61,064 nt of DNA from an uncultured Micavibrio sp. (GTDB lineage: Bacteria > Pseudomonadota > Alphaproteobacteria > Micavibrionales > Micavibrionaceae): NCBI GenBank assembly GCA_964423095.1, contig CAYRDI010000006.1, positions 1 to 61,064 of the forward strand. The letters run 5' to 3'. The notes below the pieces were generated by a model that saw only the letters and a program-made list of their open reading frames with translations, was not told the DNA's origin and made no database searches. Below, one piece after another: positions 8,445-16,633 of the stretch (positions are counted from its first letter, which is position 1; every line of letters begins with the position of its first letter). A program made the position numbers and the translations under genes.

Positions 8445-9050
8445 ATGCCGAATTCACAAAAATACGGTCGCGGGCAAGTGATCGAGATCATCAATTCGGT
8501 GATCACGAAGATTGACACCACGCACGCAAACCGTGATGTTTTCGCGCATATTGCCGAACTGGCCGAAATTATCGATGCGCTTCGCAAAGACATCACCGCA
8601 CACAGCCCGCAACATGTCAAAAATTCCCATGTTCCCGATGCAACGGACGAATTGGGCGAGGTGGTTCGTGCCACCGCCGATGCCACACACAAAATCATGT
8701 CGATTTGCGAAGAGATCGAAACCTTCGCCGGTGGATTGGAAGCGGATCAGCACGAAGCATTGAGCGCAAAGGTCACGCAAATCTATGAAGCCTGTACTTT
8801 TCAGGATGTCACCGGACAGCGGATCAAAAATGTGGTCACGACGCTCCAGTTGATCGAAGAAAAGGTTGACCGGATTATGGACACGCTGGGTGACAAGGTA
8901 GGTCTGAAAGTCGGCGAAGGAAAATACGAAAAGGAAGTTTCCATCGATGATGCCAAAAGCCTGATGAACGGGCCGCAGATGGCCGACAAGGCGATCTCGC
9001 AGGACGAGATTGACAGGCTGCTTGCCGAATTCGACAACCCTGCCGGTTGA
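8445..9050 (+). CDS. cheZ: CheY-P phosphatase CheZ-like
   Basis: 201 aa. The active-site block ACTFQDVTGQRIKNVV matches the CheZ FQDLTGQ motif (catalytic D and Q). The C-terminal peptide QDEIDRLLAEF resembles the CheY-binding tail. Confidence 0.72.
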   Translation: MPNSQKYGRGQVIEIINSVITKIDTTHANRDVFAHIAELAEIIDALRKDITAHSPQHVKNSHVPDATDELGEVVRATADATHKIMSICEEIETFAGGLEADQHEALSAKVTQIYEACTFQDVTGQRIKNVVTTLQLIEEKVDRIMDTLGDKVGLKVGEGKYEKEVSIDDAKSLMNGPQMADKAISQDEIDRLLAEFDNPAG

Positions 9051-9127
9051 CCGCCGCCGGATTATGGAAGATTGTGGACTTCCTTGCTAAAAGCATTTGA
9101 TATGATTGGAGCTTCTATTGTTCTTTG

Positions 9128-9152
9128 AACCCTGCTGTGGCAGGGTTTTTTT
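9128..9152 (+). terminator. Hairpin plus T-run after cheZ, abutting the next start codon
   Basis: AACCCTGC (9128-9135), loop TGTG, GCAGGGTT (9140-9147), then TTTTT running straight into the ATG at 9153. Confidence 0.55.
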
Positions 9153-12100
9153 ATGCGTTTCGTAAGATTCCCGCTGCTCCTTTTGACTGTCTGCGGTGCT
9201 GCATTTGCGGTGCCGTCCTTGGCGCAGGAAAAAGTCGGCGTGCGCGGTGGTGACCACGAGGCCTATTCCCGCATCGTGTTCGAATGGGCGGACAAACCCG
9301 GCTATTCGCTCTCCAAGGATGGAAACCGCGTGCTGATCCGTTTTGCGAAGGCGGGGGCCCTTGATCTTGGCGGATTTGAAACGGAAAAAAATATCGAAGG
9401 TGTGAAAGTTCTTTCTTCTGCGGCTGAACCGTTGCAGGTGGGGATCGACATTCCGAAGGGCAGCCGGTTCCGGGATTTTGTGGTCGGCAATAAATTGATC
9501 GTCGATGTGTATGACAATAGCTTCGATGAAACGGCACAGGCACCGGATGTCCCGAAAAAGGAGCCGGACATAAAGGTCGTGCCCGAAGAAAAGAAACCCG
9601 AAGAGAAAAAGGCCGAACCAGCCAAAGCGGATTTTACGAGAAAGCCGGCCGAAAATGCGAAACCCGTCCCCGTAGAAACGGTGGAGGCAGAAAAAATGAC
9701 AGCCCCCGCGTTCGATCCGCATGTTATTACCATTCGACATATTACGAGCTCCGGTATCGCGGCGTTCGAACGGTTCGGGCGGCTGTGGATTGCGCTAGAC
9801 AGCGAAGAAGAGAATGTCGCTCCGGTTTTGGAAGGGCCGCAAACGGCGCATCTGGGTGATCTGAAAAAACTGGATGGGTCGGATGGCGGGTCGGTTTATT
9901 ACATCGATCTTCCCGAAGGCGTGAAGGCCTATGGTCAGGGCGGCGGACTTTCGTGGCGTGTACTGCTTAGCGATAAGGACAAGGAAATACCGTTCGCCGC
10001 ACCGGCGGTTGTCAACGAAAACGGTGCATCGGCCCTGTCATGGCCGCTGAAAAACATGCGCAAAAAAATTACATTTACCGATCCTATGACGGGGGATGAA
10101 ATTACGGCGATCACCGCGAGCGACAGTTCCCAGCGCGCTGGTGCCGCACGGCGTTTTATCAATCTGGACATGCTGGAATCCGATGTCGGTCTGGCCTATG
10201 CCGCAAAAACGGACGGGGTAGAACCCAAGATTTTAAAAGACGAGGTCAGGATTGAAAAATCCGGCGGTCTTGTGGTGTCATCCTCTTTGCCTTCGGCAAC
10301 GGTGCCAACGCCCAAAGAATCCGCCCCAACGTCTGAAGAAAAGCAGGTTCCCCCGCCGGCGGAAGAAGTGCATGTGGACGCGGCGCATGATGAAGGGGAG
10401 AAAAAGGAAGACGCGCACAAGGATGATCTTGCGTTGACCGAACCGCCACCCGCCGTGGAAGAAAAACACGACGAAGAAACCACACATGATGCCGATAGCG
10501 AAAAACTGCATGAGGCGGAAGCTGCTGCCACATCCCAGGAAATGGCCAAGGCCGCTGAAGAAAAACCCAAGGGCAACAACATTTACAATTTCCCGCGCTG
10601 GGAAATGGGCGGCCTTCATGCGTTGGAAAAAAACATTCACGTCCTGATGGTTGAAGCCGCCGGAAAACCGGATGAGGCAAGGCCCGAAGACGTAGTAACC
10701 ATGGCCAAGTTGTTGATTGCCAACAATCGCGGGCCCGAAGCGCTCGGTATGCTCAGGATTGCGCTGCAAAAAGTTCCCGATCTGGACGAGGACAAGGAGT
10801 TTCAGGCGTTGCGTGGCGCGGCATTGGCAATTTCCGGCAAATTCGATGAAGCCTTTGCCGACCTGACCAATGAAAACCTGAACGGTTATGACGATATCAA
10901 ATTGTGGCGGGCTTTCGTGCTCGGCGGGCTTGAAGACTGGAAACAGGCGGGGGAGGTTCTGCCATCCGATCTTTCGGCGATCCAGAACTACCCAAAGGCC
11001 ATTCGTGCGCAAATGGCGTTGATGTTTGCGGAAATTGATTTGCGGAACGCACGTGTTCCGGATGCCCAAAAGAATCTGGATATGTTGAAACCGGAATTGA
11101 AAACACTGCGCCCCGGTTATATCGCGGCGTGGAATTATCTGGTGGGTGAACTGGAACGGCAAAAGGGGCACGCGGACAAGGCAACCGAATATTGGGACCC
11201 GCTGGTCAAAAACGGCAAGGATGATTTGTTCCGCGCAAAAGCGGGGCTATCGCTGACCAAACTACAGATCGAACAAAAGAAATTGTCATCCGAACAGGCG
11301 ATCAACCGGCTAGAAGGTTTGCGTTATGCCTGGCGTGGGGACGAACTGGAAACATTGATCAATTACCGTCTGGGCCAGCTTTACATTGAAAACAAGGACT
11401 ATTTGAAAGGGCTGACGGTCTTGCGCAATGCCGCAACCCTGACGCCTGAATTGCAGGTAGGGCAAGATGTCCAGACCTATATGACCAAATCGTTCCGCGA
11501 TATTTTTGTGAAAAACGAAATTGCGCAAGTCTCCCCGCTTGATGCCATCGGTATTTATGAAGAATTCAAGGATTTGTTCCCGCCGGGGGCGGAGGCTGAT
11601 GAATATATCGAAAAGCTGTCCGAACGGTTGGTCAATGCCGATCTTTTGGGGCGGGCGGCATCGTTGCTGGAATATCAGGTGAACAACCGCCTGACCGGTA
11701 ACAAGAAGGTTGAAACGGCCATCCGTCTGGCGGCTATTCGCTTGCTGGATGGCAATCCGCAAGGGGCGTTGCGTGCGCTGGAAGTGGCGCAGGATACCTA
11801 TAACAAGGTCGCGAACGGTACGTTGGAAACGGTGCCAGCCAACCCCGCCTTGCCGGACATTGTGCCGCAGGCGGGGGATGATGCGGTGGCACCTACGCCC
11901 GTGGCCGCCAAGGAAAAAGCCGATCCGGAATTGGAGCGGCAAATCTTCCTTCTCAAGGCCCGCGCGCTTTCCATGCAAAAGAAACCTGATGAGGCACTGG
12001 CCATTTTGAATGCCATGCCGCCCGATACGGATGTCAGCCGCCTTCGCACCGATGTCGCATGGTTCGCCGGAAACTGGGAAGAGGCGGCCATGTCGCTCAA

Positions 12101-12491
12101 CGATCTGATCGTGTACGAGGATATATCTCCCAAACGTCCGCTTACCGACTATCAACGTGATCTGGTTTTAAACCGCGCGATTGCGCTCAACCTGTCCGGT
12201 AACCGCGTGGCACTGGCCAATTTGCGCGAACGCTACAAAACGCAAATGAAAGACACGGCCAAGGGCGAAATGTTCGAAGTGGTCACGCGTCCGCGCCGAC
12301 CGGATATGATCGGCAGCCGCGAGGCGATTGATTCCATGATCTCCGAAATCGATTTGTTCAAAGGATTTTTGGACAATTACAAAACAATGACGAGCAAAAA
12401 GGCGGCGGTTCCTGCACCTGCCACCGCGAAGGCACCGGAAAAGGCTGATGCGCCTGCAACACCGGAGAAAAAAGCGGAAACAGCGCATTGA
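9153..12491 (+). CDS. Large secreted TPR-repeat protein with N-terminal AMIN-like beta domain
   Basis: 1112 aa. Signal peptide MRFVRFPLLLLTVCGAAFAVPSLAQE. N-terminal block GGDHEAYSRIVFEW...VLIRF...LIVDVYD resembles AMIN-type domains. Two acidic/Lys/Pro low-complexity linkers. The C-terminal roughly 550 aa are helical-repeat (TPR-like). Confidence 0.75.
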   Translation: MRFVRFPLLLLTVCGAAFAVPSLAQEKVGVRGGDHEAYSRIVFEWADKPGYSLSKDGNRVLIRFAKAGALDLGGFETEKNIEGVKVLSSAAEPLQVGIDIPKGSRFRDFVVGNKLIVDVYDNSFDETAQAPDVPKKEPDIKVVPEEKKPEEKKAEPAKADFTRKPAENAKPVPVETVEAEKMTAPAFDPHVITIRHITSSGIAAFERFGRLWIALDSEEENVAPVLEGPQTAHLGDLKKLDGSDGGSVYYIDLPEGVKAYGQGGGLSWRVLLSDKDKEIPFAAPAVVNENGASALSWPLKNMRKKITFTDPMTGDEITAITASDSSQRAGAARRFINLDMLESDVGLAYAAKTDGVEPKILKDEVRIEKSGGLVVSSSLPSATVPTPKESAPTSEEKQVPPPAEEVHVDAAHDEGEKKEDAHKDDLALTEPPPAVEEKHDEETTHDADSEKLHEAEAAATSQEMAKAAEEKPKGNNIYNFPRWEMGGLHALEKNIHVLMVEAAGKPDEARPEDVVTMAKLLIANNRGPEALGMLRIALQKVPDLDEDKEFQALRGAALAISGKFDEAFADLTNENLNGYDDIKLWRAFVLGGLEDWKQAGEVLPSDLSAIQNYPKAIRAQMALMFAEIDLRNARVPDAQKNLDMLKPELKTLRPGYIAAWNYLVGELERQKGHADKATEYWDPLVKNGKDDLFRAKAGLSLTKLQIEQKKLSSEQAINRLEGLRYAWRGDELETLINYRLGQLYIENKDYLKGLTVLRNAATLTPELQVGQDVQTYMTKSFRDIFVKNEIAQVSPLDAIGIYEEFKDLFPPGAEADEYIEKLSERLVNADLLGRAASLLEYQVNNRLTGNKKVETAIRLAAIRLLDGNPQGALRALEVAQDTYNKVANGTLETVPANPALPDIVPQAGDDAVAPTPVAAKEKADPELERQIFLLKARALSMQKKPDEALAILNAMPPDTDVSRLRTDVAWFAGNWEEAAMSLNDLIVYEDISPKRPLTDYQRDLVLNRAIALNLSGNRVALANLRERYKTQMKDTAKGEMFEVVTRPRRPDMIGSREAIDSMISEIDLFKGFLDNYKTMTSKKAAVPAPATAKAPEKADAPATPEKKAETAH

Positions 12492-12524
12492 TGAAATGCC
12501 CGACAGGGAGGCGTTAAAGGTGCT

Positions 12525-12884
12525 TTAGTCAGGATCCCGTGCATCGACATAGGCCCAGGCCTTTACGCCGGATGCCAACGTGATGGCGGCCCGTTTATAG
12601 GCGCTCACTTCGTATTTATCGGCGTTCATCAATTCCTGATGGCTGATTTTAAGAACCGTACCATTGACACCGCCGCCAGCCGCCGATGATTTACGGATGA
12701 TGGGGTGGTGCGATTTTCCGCTGAGTCTGACAACATCAGGATCGTCAATCGCCACCATGGCGTGTTCATAACCGGTCAGCGTGTCTTTTGCACCTTCCAG
12801 TTTTCGGCCAAAGGTCGCAATCTGCACCTCTTCTTGTTGCAAGGTGCCGTAGGAGAAGAGATTTTCTGTGTATTCGTTGTCCAT
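12525..12884 (-). CDS. Gamma-glutamylcyclotransferase (GGCT/AIG2-like) family protein
   Basis: 119 aa. N-terminal LFSYGTLQ matches the F/YGTL motif of the AIG2/GGCT fold. The start lies 2 nt after the fliP stop. Confidence 0.65.
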   Translation of the reverse strand: MDNEYTENLFSYGTLQQEEVQIATFGRKLEGAKDTLTGYEHAMVAIDDPDVVRLSGKSHHPIIRKSSAAGGGVNGTVLKISHQELMNADKYEVSAYKRAAITLASGVKAWAYVDARDPD

Positions 12885-12886
12885 TT

Positions 12887-13702
12887 TTACCCCGCCGGTG
12901 TCACGGGGACGCCGTTAAAGCTCTGGATCAGCGATCCGCAGATCAGGTACCAGCCATCGACCAGCACGAAAAAGATGATCTTGAACGGCAGGGAGATCAT
13001 GACCGGCGGCAACATCATCATCCCCATGGACATCAGGATGGAGGCCGTGACCATATCGATGATGACGAAGGGTAGGAACAGCATAAAGCCGATTTCAAAG
13101 GCCCGGCGCAATTCCGAAATCATGAAGGCGGGGATCAGGATGTGCAGCGGCACGTCTGCCTGTTTTTCAAACGGGCCTTCCTTGGAAAGGTCGATAAACA
13201 GCTTCAAATCCTGTTCGCGCACATGTTTCATCATAAAATCATGAAACGGCGCGGTGGTGCGGTCAAACGCCTGTTCTTCGTCGATTTCGGCGTTGATGAG
13301 CGGCTGTACGCCGTTGTCATACGCGGCCTTTAACGTGGGCGACATAATGAAAAAGGTCAGGAACAGCGCGAGGCTGATCATGACGGTGTTCGGCGGCGTT
13401 TGTTGAATGCCCATGGCGGTACGCAGGAACGACAGCACCACCACGATCCGCGTAAACGAGGTCATCATGATAAGGATGGACGGTGCCAGCGAAAGAACGG
13501 TAAGCAGGGCCACCATCTGGATCAACCGCCCCGCGACCGTGCCGTTTTCTTCGTTGCCGAGATTGAGCGAAATGGTTTGCGCCAAAGCCGGATGCGAAAA
13601 GAGCAGGGTGAGTAGGCCTGTCAGGCCAAGCACAAGCCCGTATCCAATCCAATGGTTGGATGGTTTTGTCTTAACGGCAATAACGGCGTTGCTGTTTGTC
13701 AT
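12887..13702 (-). CDS. fliP: Flagellar export apparatus protein FliP
   Basis: 271 aa with canonical FliP blocks (SFTRIVVVLSFLRTAMG.QQTPPN, AFMISELRRAFEIGF.LFLPF.IIDMV.ASILMSMGMMMLPP). Confidence 0.93.
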   Translation of the reverse strand: MTNSNAVIAVKTKPSNHWIGYGLVLGLTGLLTLLFSHPALAQTISLNLGNEENGTVAGRLIQMVALLTVLSLAPSILIMMTSFTRIVVVLSFLRTAMGIQQTPPNTVMISLALFLTFFIMSPTLKAAYDNGVQPLINAEIDEEQAFDRTTAPFHDFMMKHVREQDLKLFIDLSKEGPFEKQADVPLHILIPAFMISELRRAFEIGFMLFLPFVIIDMVTASILMSMGMMMLPPVMISLPFKIIFFVLVDGWYLICGSLIQSFNGVPVTPAG

Positions 13703-13968
13703 TGTTTTTTTTGAATATTGGTTTCGACCACAGTTTCGCTTGTTACGCCCAGAATGACAAGATGTTCGGCCCCGTCACGGGACAACAATACCGCTTTTCT
13801 GCGTGCATCGAGGGGGAGGATTTCCAAAACTTTGAGGCGGCGTTTGTCCGCCGGCAGCATGGCGGCGGAGCCGAGACCAAAGCGTTTGAGCAGAAGGGCC
13901 AGACCGCCCATGAGGCCCAGCACGAACAGCAAGGCCGCCAGAAATTTCAGATAATCATGCCAATCCAT
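13699..13968 (-). CDS. fliO: Flagellar export protein FliO
   Basis: 89 aa with a single TM (FLAALLFVLGLMGGLALLL) followed by L.VLEILPLD.R....L.....E.L..LG. It overlaps the fliP start by 4 nt, as is typical. Confidence 0.65.
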   Translation of the reverse strand: MDWHDYLKFLAALLFVLGLMGGLALLLKRFGLGSAAMLPADKRRLKVLEILPLDARRKAVLLSRDGAEHLVILGVTSETVVETNIQKKQ

Positions 13969-14023
13969 GCGCGTATCCTGTCACCATGAATGCACGATGT
14001 CGAGCCTTGCGGGCGCGATTTCC

Positions 14024-14278
14024 TTATTTTTTCATCTGGTCTTTGAAGTCGTGCAAGGTGCGGCTGAGCTGTTCCAGATCACCGATCAACCCGGCCATCA
14101 GGGGTTGAATATCCCGCGCCTGATCGGGGGGCAGGGTCACGGCCTTTTGGCAAATTTGTGCGATTTCCTTATCGAGACCGGTCAGGTCCACCATCTTGCC
14201 ATTGCGCACCGACGCTTCGGCCTCCTGAATATAGTTTTTCAAGGAATCCATTTTGTCGCGGATCTGGGCTGGGGTCAC
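14024..14278 (-). CDS. Small coiled-coil protein in fliOP operon (unknown)
   Basis: I start this at the GTG at 14278, preceded by AAGGA with about 7-nt spacing. This avoids overlap with the upstream gene. 84 aa, helical, no family recognised. Confidence 0.45.
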   Translation of the reverse strand: MTPAQIRDKMDSLKNYIQEAEASVRNGKMVDLTGLDKEIAQICQKAVTLPPDQARDIQPLMAGLIGDLEQLSRTLHDFKDQMKK

Positions 14279-14294
14279 GGTTTCATCCTTCGTG

Positions 14295-14681
14295 TTATGC
14301 CTGCGGTGCGTTTTTCGGATCATCCATCGCTTCGCGCAGGGCGGCGTCAAACGGGTTGGGTTGCCCGTTGGCCCGGTAAACGTAATACAAAATTTCGGCG
14401 ATGGCCATAAACGCCTCCGAAGGTATGGGGCTGTCGAGTTCGACGGCGGCCAGCATTTCGGCCAGCGGGGCGTCCTCCTTTACCCGGATGTTGTTTTCAA
14501 AGGCGAGCTGCAGGATTTTCTCGGCAATAGTTCCCCGTCCGGCAGCCACGACCTGAGGTACCTTTTTGTCCCATGTCCGGTCTTTCACCGCTACGGCGGT
14601 TTGACGGGGTTTTTTATCCTTTACATTCAAAGGCTTGAATGGGTCTTTGTCGGGTTTGGCGGGGCCGTCATCCATTGGCAT
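14295..14681 (-). CDS. Stand-alone FlhB C-terminal-domain paralog (EscU/YscU/HrcU-type, YlqH-like)
   Basis: 128 aa. VVAAGRGTIAEKILQLAFENNIRVKEDAPLAEMLAAVELDSPIPSEAFMAIAEILYYVY matches the cytoplasmic C-terminal domain of FlhB. It has no TM region. Confidence 0.72.
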   Translation of the reverse strand: MPMDDGPAKPDKDPFKPLNVKDKKPRQTAVAVKDRTWDKKVPQVVAAGRGTIAEKILQLAFENNIRVKEDAPLAEMLAAVELDSPIPSEAFMAIAEILYYVYRANGQPNPFDAALREAMDDPKNAPQA

Positions 14682-14734
14682 GGTTCCTGCAAGGTTCTCC
14701 CTAGAGTTTTATAGTAAACGGGAAGGGTTAAGGA

Positions 14735-15145
14735 ATGTCCATCACCAATTTGCCCCTGATGCGCGCTCTGGCCGCAAAAATGGATTATCTGGATCACCGC
14801 CAGCAGGTGTTATCGCAAAACATCGCCAATGCCGACACGCCAGGATACCAGTCCAAGGATTTGACCAAGGTCGATTTTGGTTCCGTTTTGAAAGATGTGG
14901 CCAGCGCGGGTTCGATCAAAGTGGAAACCACCAACCCGATGCACATGCCGTCCCCGAACGACGTGCAGACCGCCAAGAATTCCAAAGACCGCATGACGTA
15001 CGAGGTCGCGCCCGACAAGAACGGCGTTATTCTGGAAGAACAGATGGTCAAGGCGTCGGAAACCCAAATGGATTACAACATGGTTACCAACCTGATGATC
15101 AAGCAGGTGGCGATGTACAAAATTGCCATCGGGCGGCAGGGATAA
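14735..15145 (+). CDS. flgB: Flagellar rod protein FlgB
   Basis: 136 aa with an N-terminal rod motif (LSQNIANADTPGY). First gene of the flgBC-fliE order. Confidence 0.88.
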   Translation: MSITNLPLMRALAAKMDYLDHRQQVLSQNIANADTPGYQSKDLTKVDFGSVLKDVASAGSIKVETTNPMHMPSPNDVQTAKNSKDRMTYEVAPDKNGVILEEQMVKASETQMDYNMVTNLMIKQVAMYKIAIGRQG

Positions 15146-15165
15146 TCGAACGGGAGTAGAATGAT

Positions 15166-15579
15166 ATGAGCGATCTGTGGAACACCATGACAATTTCGGC
15201 CTACGGGATGCGCGCGCAGGGCGAACGCACCCGCGTGATTTCCGAAAACATCGCGAACGCCGGCACGGCCGCGACCACGCCGGACGGCAAGCCCTATACC
15301 CGCAAGGTCATCACGTTCAAAAACACGATGGACAAGGTGAACGGTACCGATCTGGTCAAGGTCAAGGACATTACCGATGATAAAAAATCGGATTATGTCT
15401 TGAAATACATGCCGGATCATCCGGGCGCGAACGCCGAAGGTTATGTGAAAATGCCGAACGTCCAGATGATCGTGGAATTGAATGACATGCGCGAGGCCCA
15501 AAGGTCTTACGAGGCGAATCTGGGTATGTATAACCAGTCAAAAAGTATGGCGCTGCGCACCGTTGATATGCTCCGCTAG
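15166..15579 (+). CDS. flgC: Flagellar rod protein FlgC
   Basis: 137 aa with ISENIANAGT at the N-terminus, YVKMPNV, and C-terminus EMVDM-like LNDMREAQRSYEAN. Confidence 0.92.
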   Translation: MSDLWNTMTISAYGMRAQGERTRVISENIANAGTAATTPDGKPYTRKVITFKNTMDKVNGTDLVKVKDITDDKKSDYVLKYMPDHPGANAEGYVKMPNVQMIVELNDMREAQRSYEANLGMYNQSKSMALRTVDMLR

Positions 15580-15606
15580 TTTTGTGGTATTCTTGATAAG
15601 AGGTAG

Positions 15607-15933
15607 ATGAGTCCCATGGTCGATAAAATTGCAAATCCCGCTGCTGCCGCCAACGCCTATGCGAATATCGCCAAGGTCGGCACGAATGCGCCCGCCATGG
15701 ACGGGGATGTTGCCCAGCCCAAATTCATGGATGTGTTGAAAAGCAGCGCGCTGGACGCCATCAAAACCATGAAAACCGGCGATCAGATGTCCGCCAAGGC
15801 AGTGACGGGCGATGCCAGCCTGCCCGATGTGGTGCAGGCGGTGAATGCCGCGGAAATGACACTCTCCACGGTTGTGGCGATTCGCGACCGTCTGGTGTCG
15901 GCCTATGAAGAAATCATGAGGATGCCGATCTGA
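15607..15933 (+). CDS. fliE: Flagellar hook-basal body protein FliE
   Basis: 108 aa. The C-terminal AEMTLSTVVAIRDRLVSAYEEIMRMPI is typical of FliE. Confidence 0.85.
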   Translation: MSPMVDKIANPAAAANAYANIAKVGTNAPAMDGDVAQPKFMDVLKSSALDAIKTMKTGDQMSAKAVTGDASLPDVVQAVNAAEMTLSTVVAIRDRLVSAYEEIMRMPI

Positions 15934-15975
15934 CGTCTCTTTCGCCCCGCGGGCAGGTGGAGTACAGTATAAGGC

Positions 15976-16242
15976 ATGAATCAAACCGAAATCGTCGATC
16001 TGGCCCGTGAAGCCATTATGTTGACCATCGTTATCGGCGGGCCGGTGATGCTGGTCGGCCTTGTGGTCGGTGTTCTGGTCGCATTGGTACAGGCATTGAC
16101 GCAGATTCAGGAAATGACGCTGGTCTTCGTCCCGAAAATCCTTGTGATTTTCCTGACCATCTTCTTGTTGTTTCCCGCGTTCATCAGCGTGATGAACGGT
16201 TTTATGAAGGAAATCGCGGACAAGATCGTCGGCATTGGATAG
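15976..16242 (+). CDS. fliQ: Flagellar export apparatus protein FliQ
   Basis: 88 aa with two TM segments and QALTQIQEMTLVFVPKI, the FliQ signature. Confidence 0.9.
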   Translation: MNQTEIVDLAREAIMLTIVIGGPVMLVGLVVGVLVALVQALTQIQEMTLVFVPKILVIFLTIFLLFPAFISVMNGFMKEIADKIVGIG

Positions 16243-16632
16243 ATGAGGAATCTTATGGGTTTCGTACCACCGTCGTTCCTTCCGTTTGTGCCAATCGTTC
16301 TGTTGTGTTTTTCCAACATCTTCATGACATTTGCGTGGTACGGACATTTGAAATTTCACAACACGCCCATGGTGATCGCCGTGATCGGCGCGTGGGCGAT
16401 TGCGTTTTTTGAATATTGTCTGGCAGTTCCGGCCAACAGGATCGGATATCAATTTTATGATGCTGCCGAATTGAAAACGATACAGGAGGTTATTACCCTC
16501 ATCGTTTTTGGATTCTTTTCCGTGTTTTATCTGGGGCAGAAAATCACGGTTTATCACGGTTTGGGATTTCTGTTGATCGCTGCGGGGGCGGCCCTTGTGT
16601 TCTTCGCGCCGAAACTGTCCGGCGGGGCATAA
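16243..16632 (+). CDS. DUF486/DMT-superfamily small membrane protein
   Basis: 129 aa, about 4 TM. SNIFMTFAWYGHLKF is the hallmark N-terminal block of DUF486-type proteins (recollection). Its ATG immediately follows the fliQ TAG, and its TAA lies 1 nt before the fliR ATG. Confidence 0.68.
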   Translation: MRNLMGFVPPSFLPFVPIVLLCFSNIFMTFAWYGHLKFHNTPMVIAVIGAWAIAFFEYCLAVPANRIGYQFYDAAELKTIQEVITLIVFGFFSVFYLGQKITVYHGLGFLLIAAGAALVFFAPKLSGGA

Positions 16633-16633
16633 G

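Noticed and set aside
14682-14734. Sigma54-like TTGCA element in the 53-nt gap between the FlhB-CTD operon and flgB
   Set aside because: The spacing to the nearest GG is 9 nt, not 10, and the element sits about 7 nt from the ATG, so it cannot be a functional -12 box.
15538-16557. 339-aa minus-strand ORF opposite fliE-fliQ-DUF486
   Set aside because: It is antisense to genes with canonical signatures. Its product is His/Arg-rich nonsense-like sequence.
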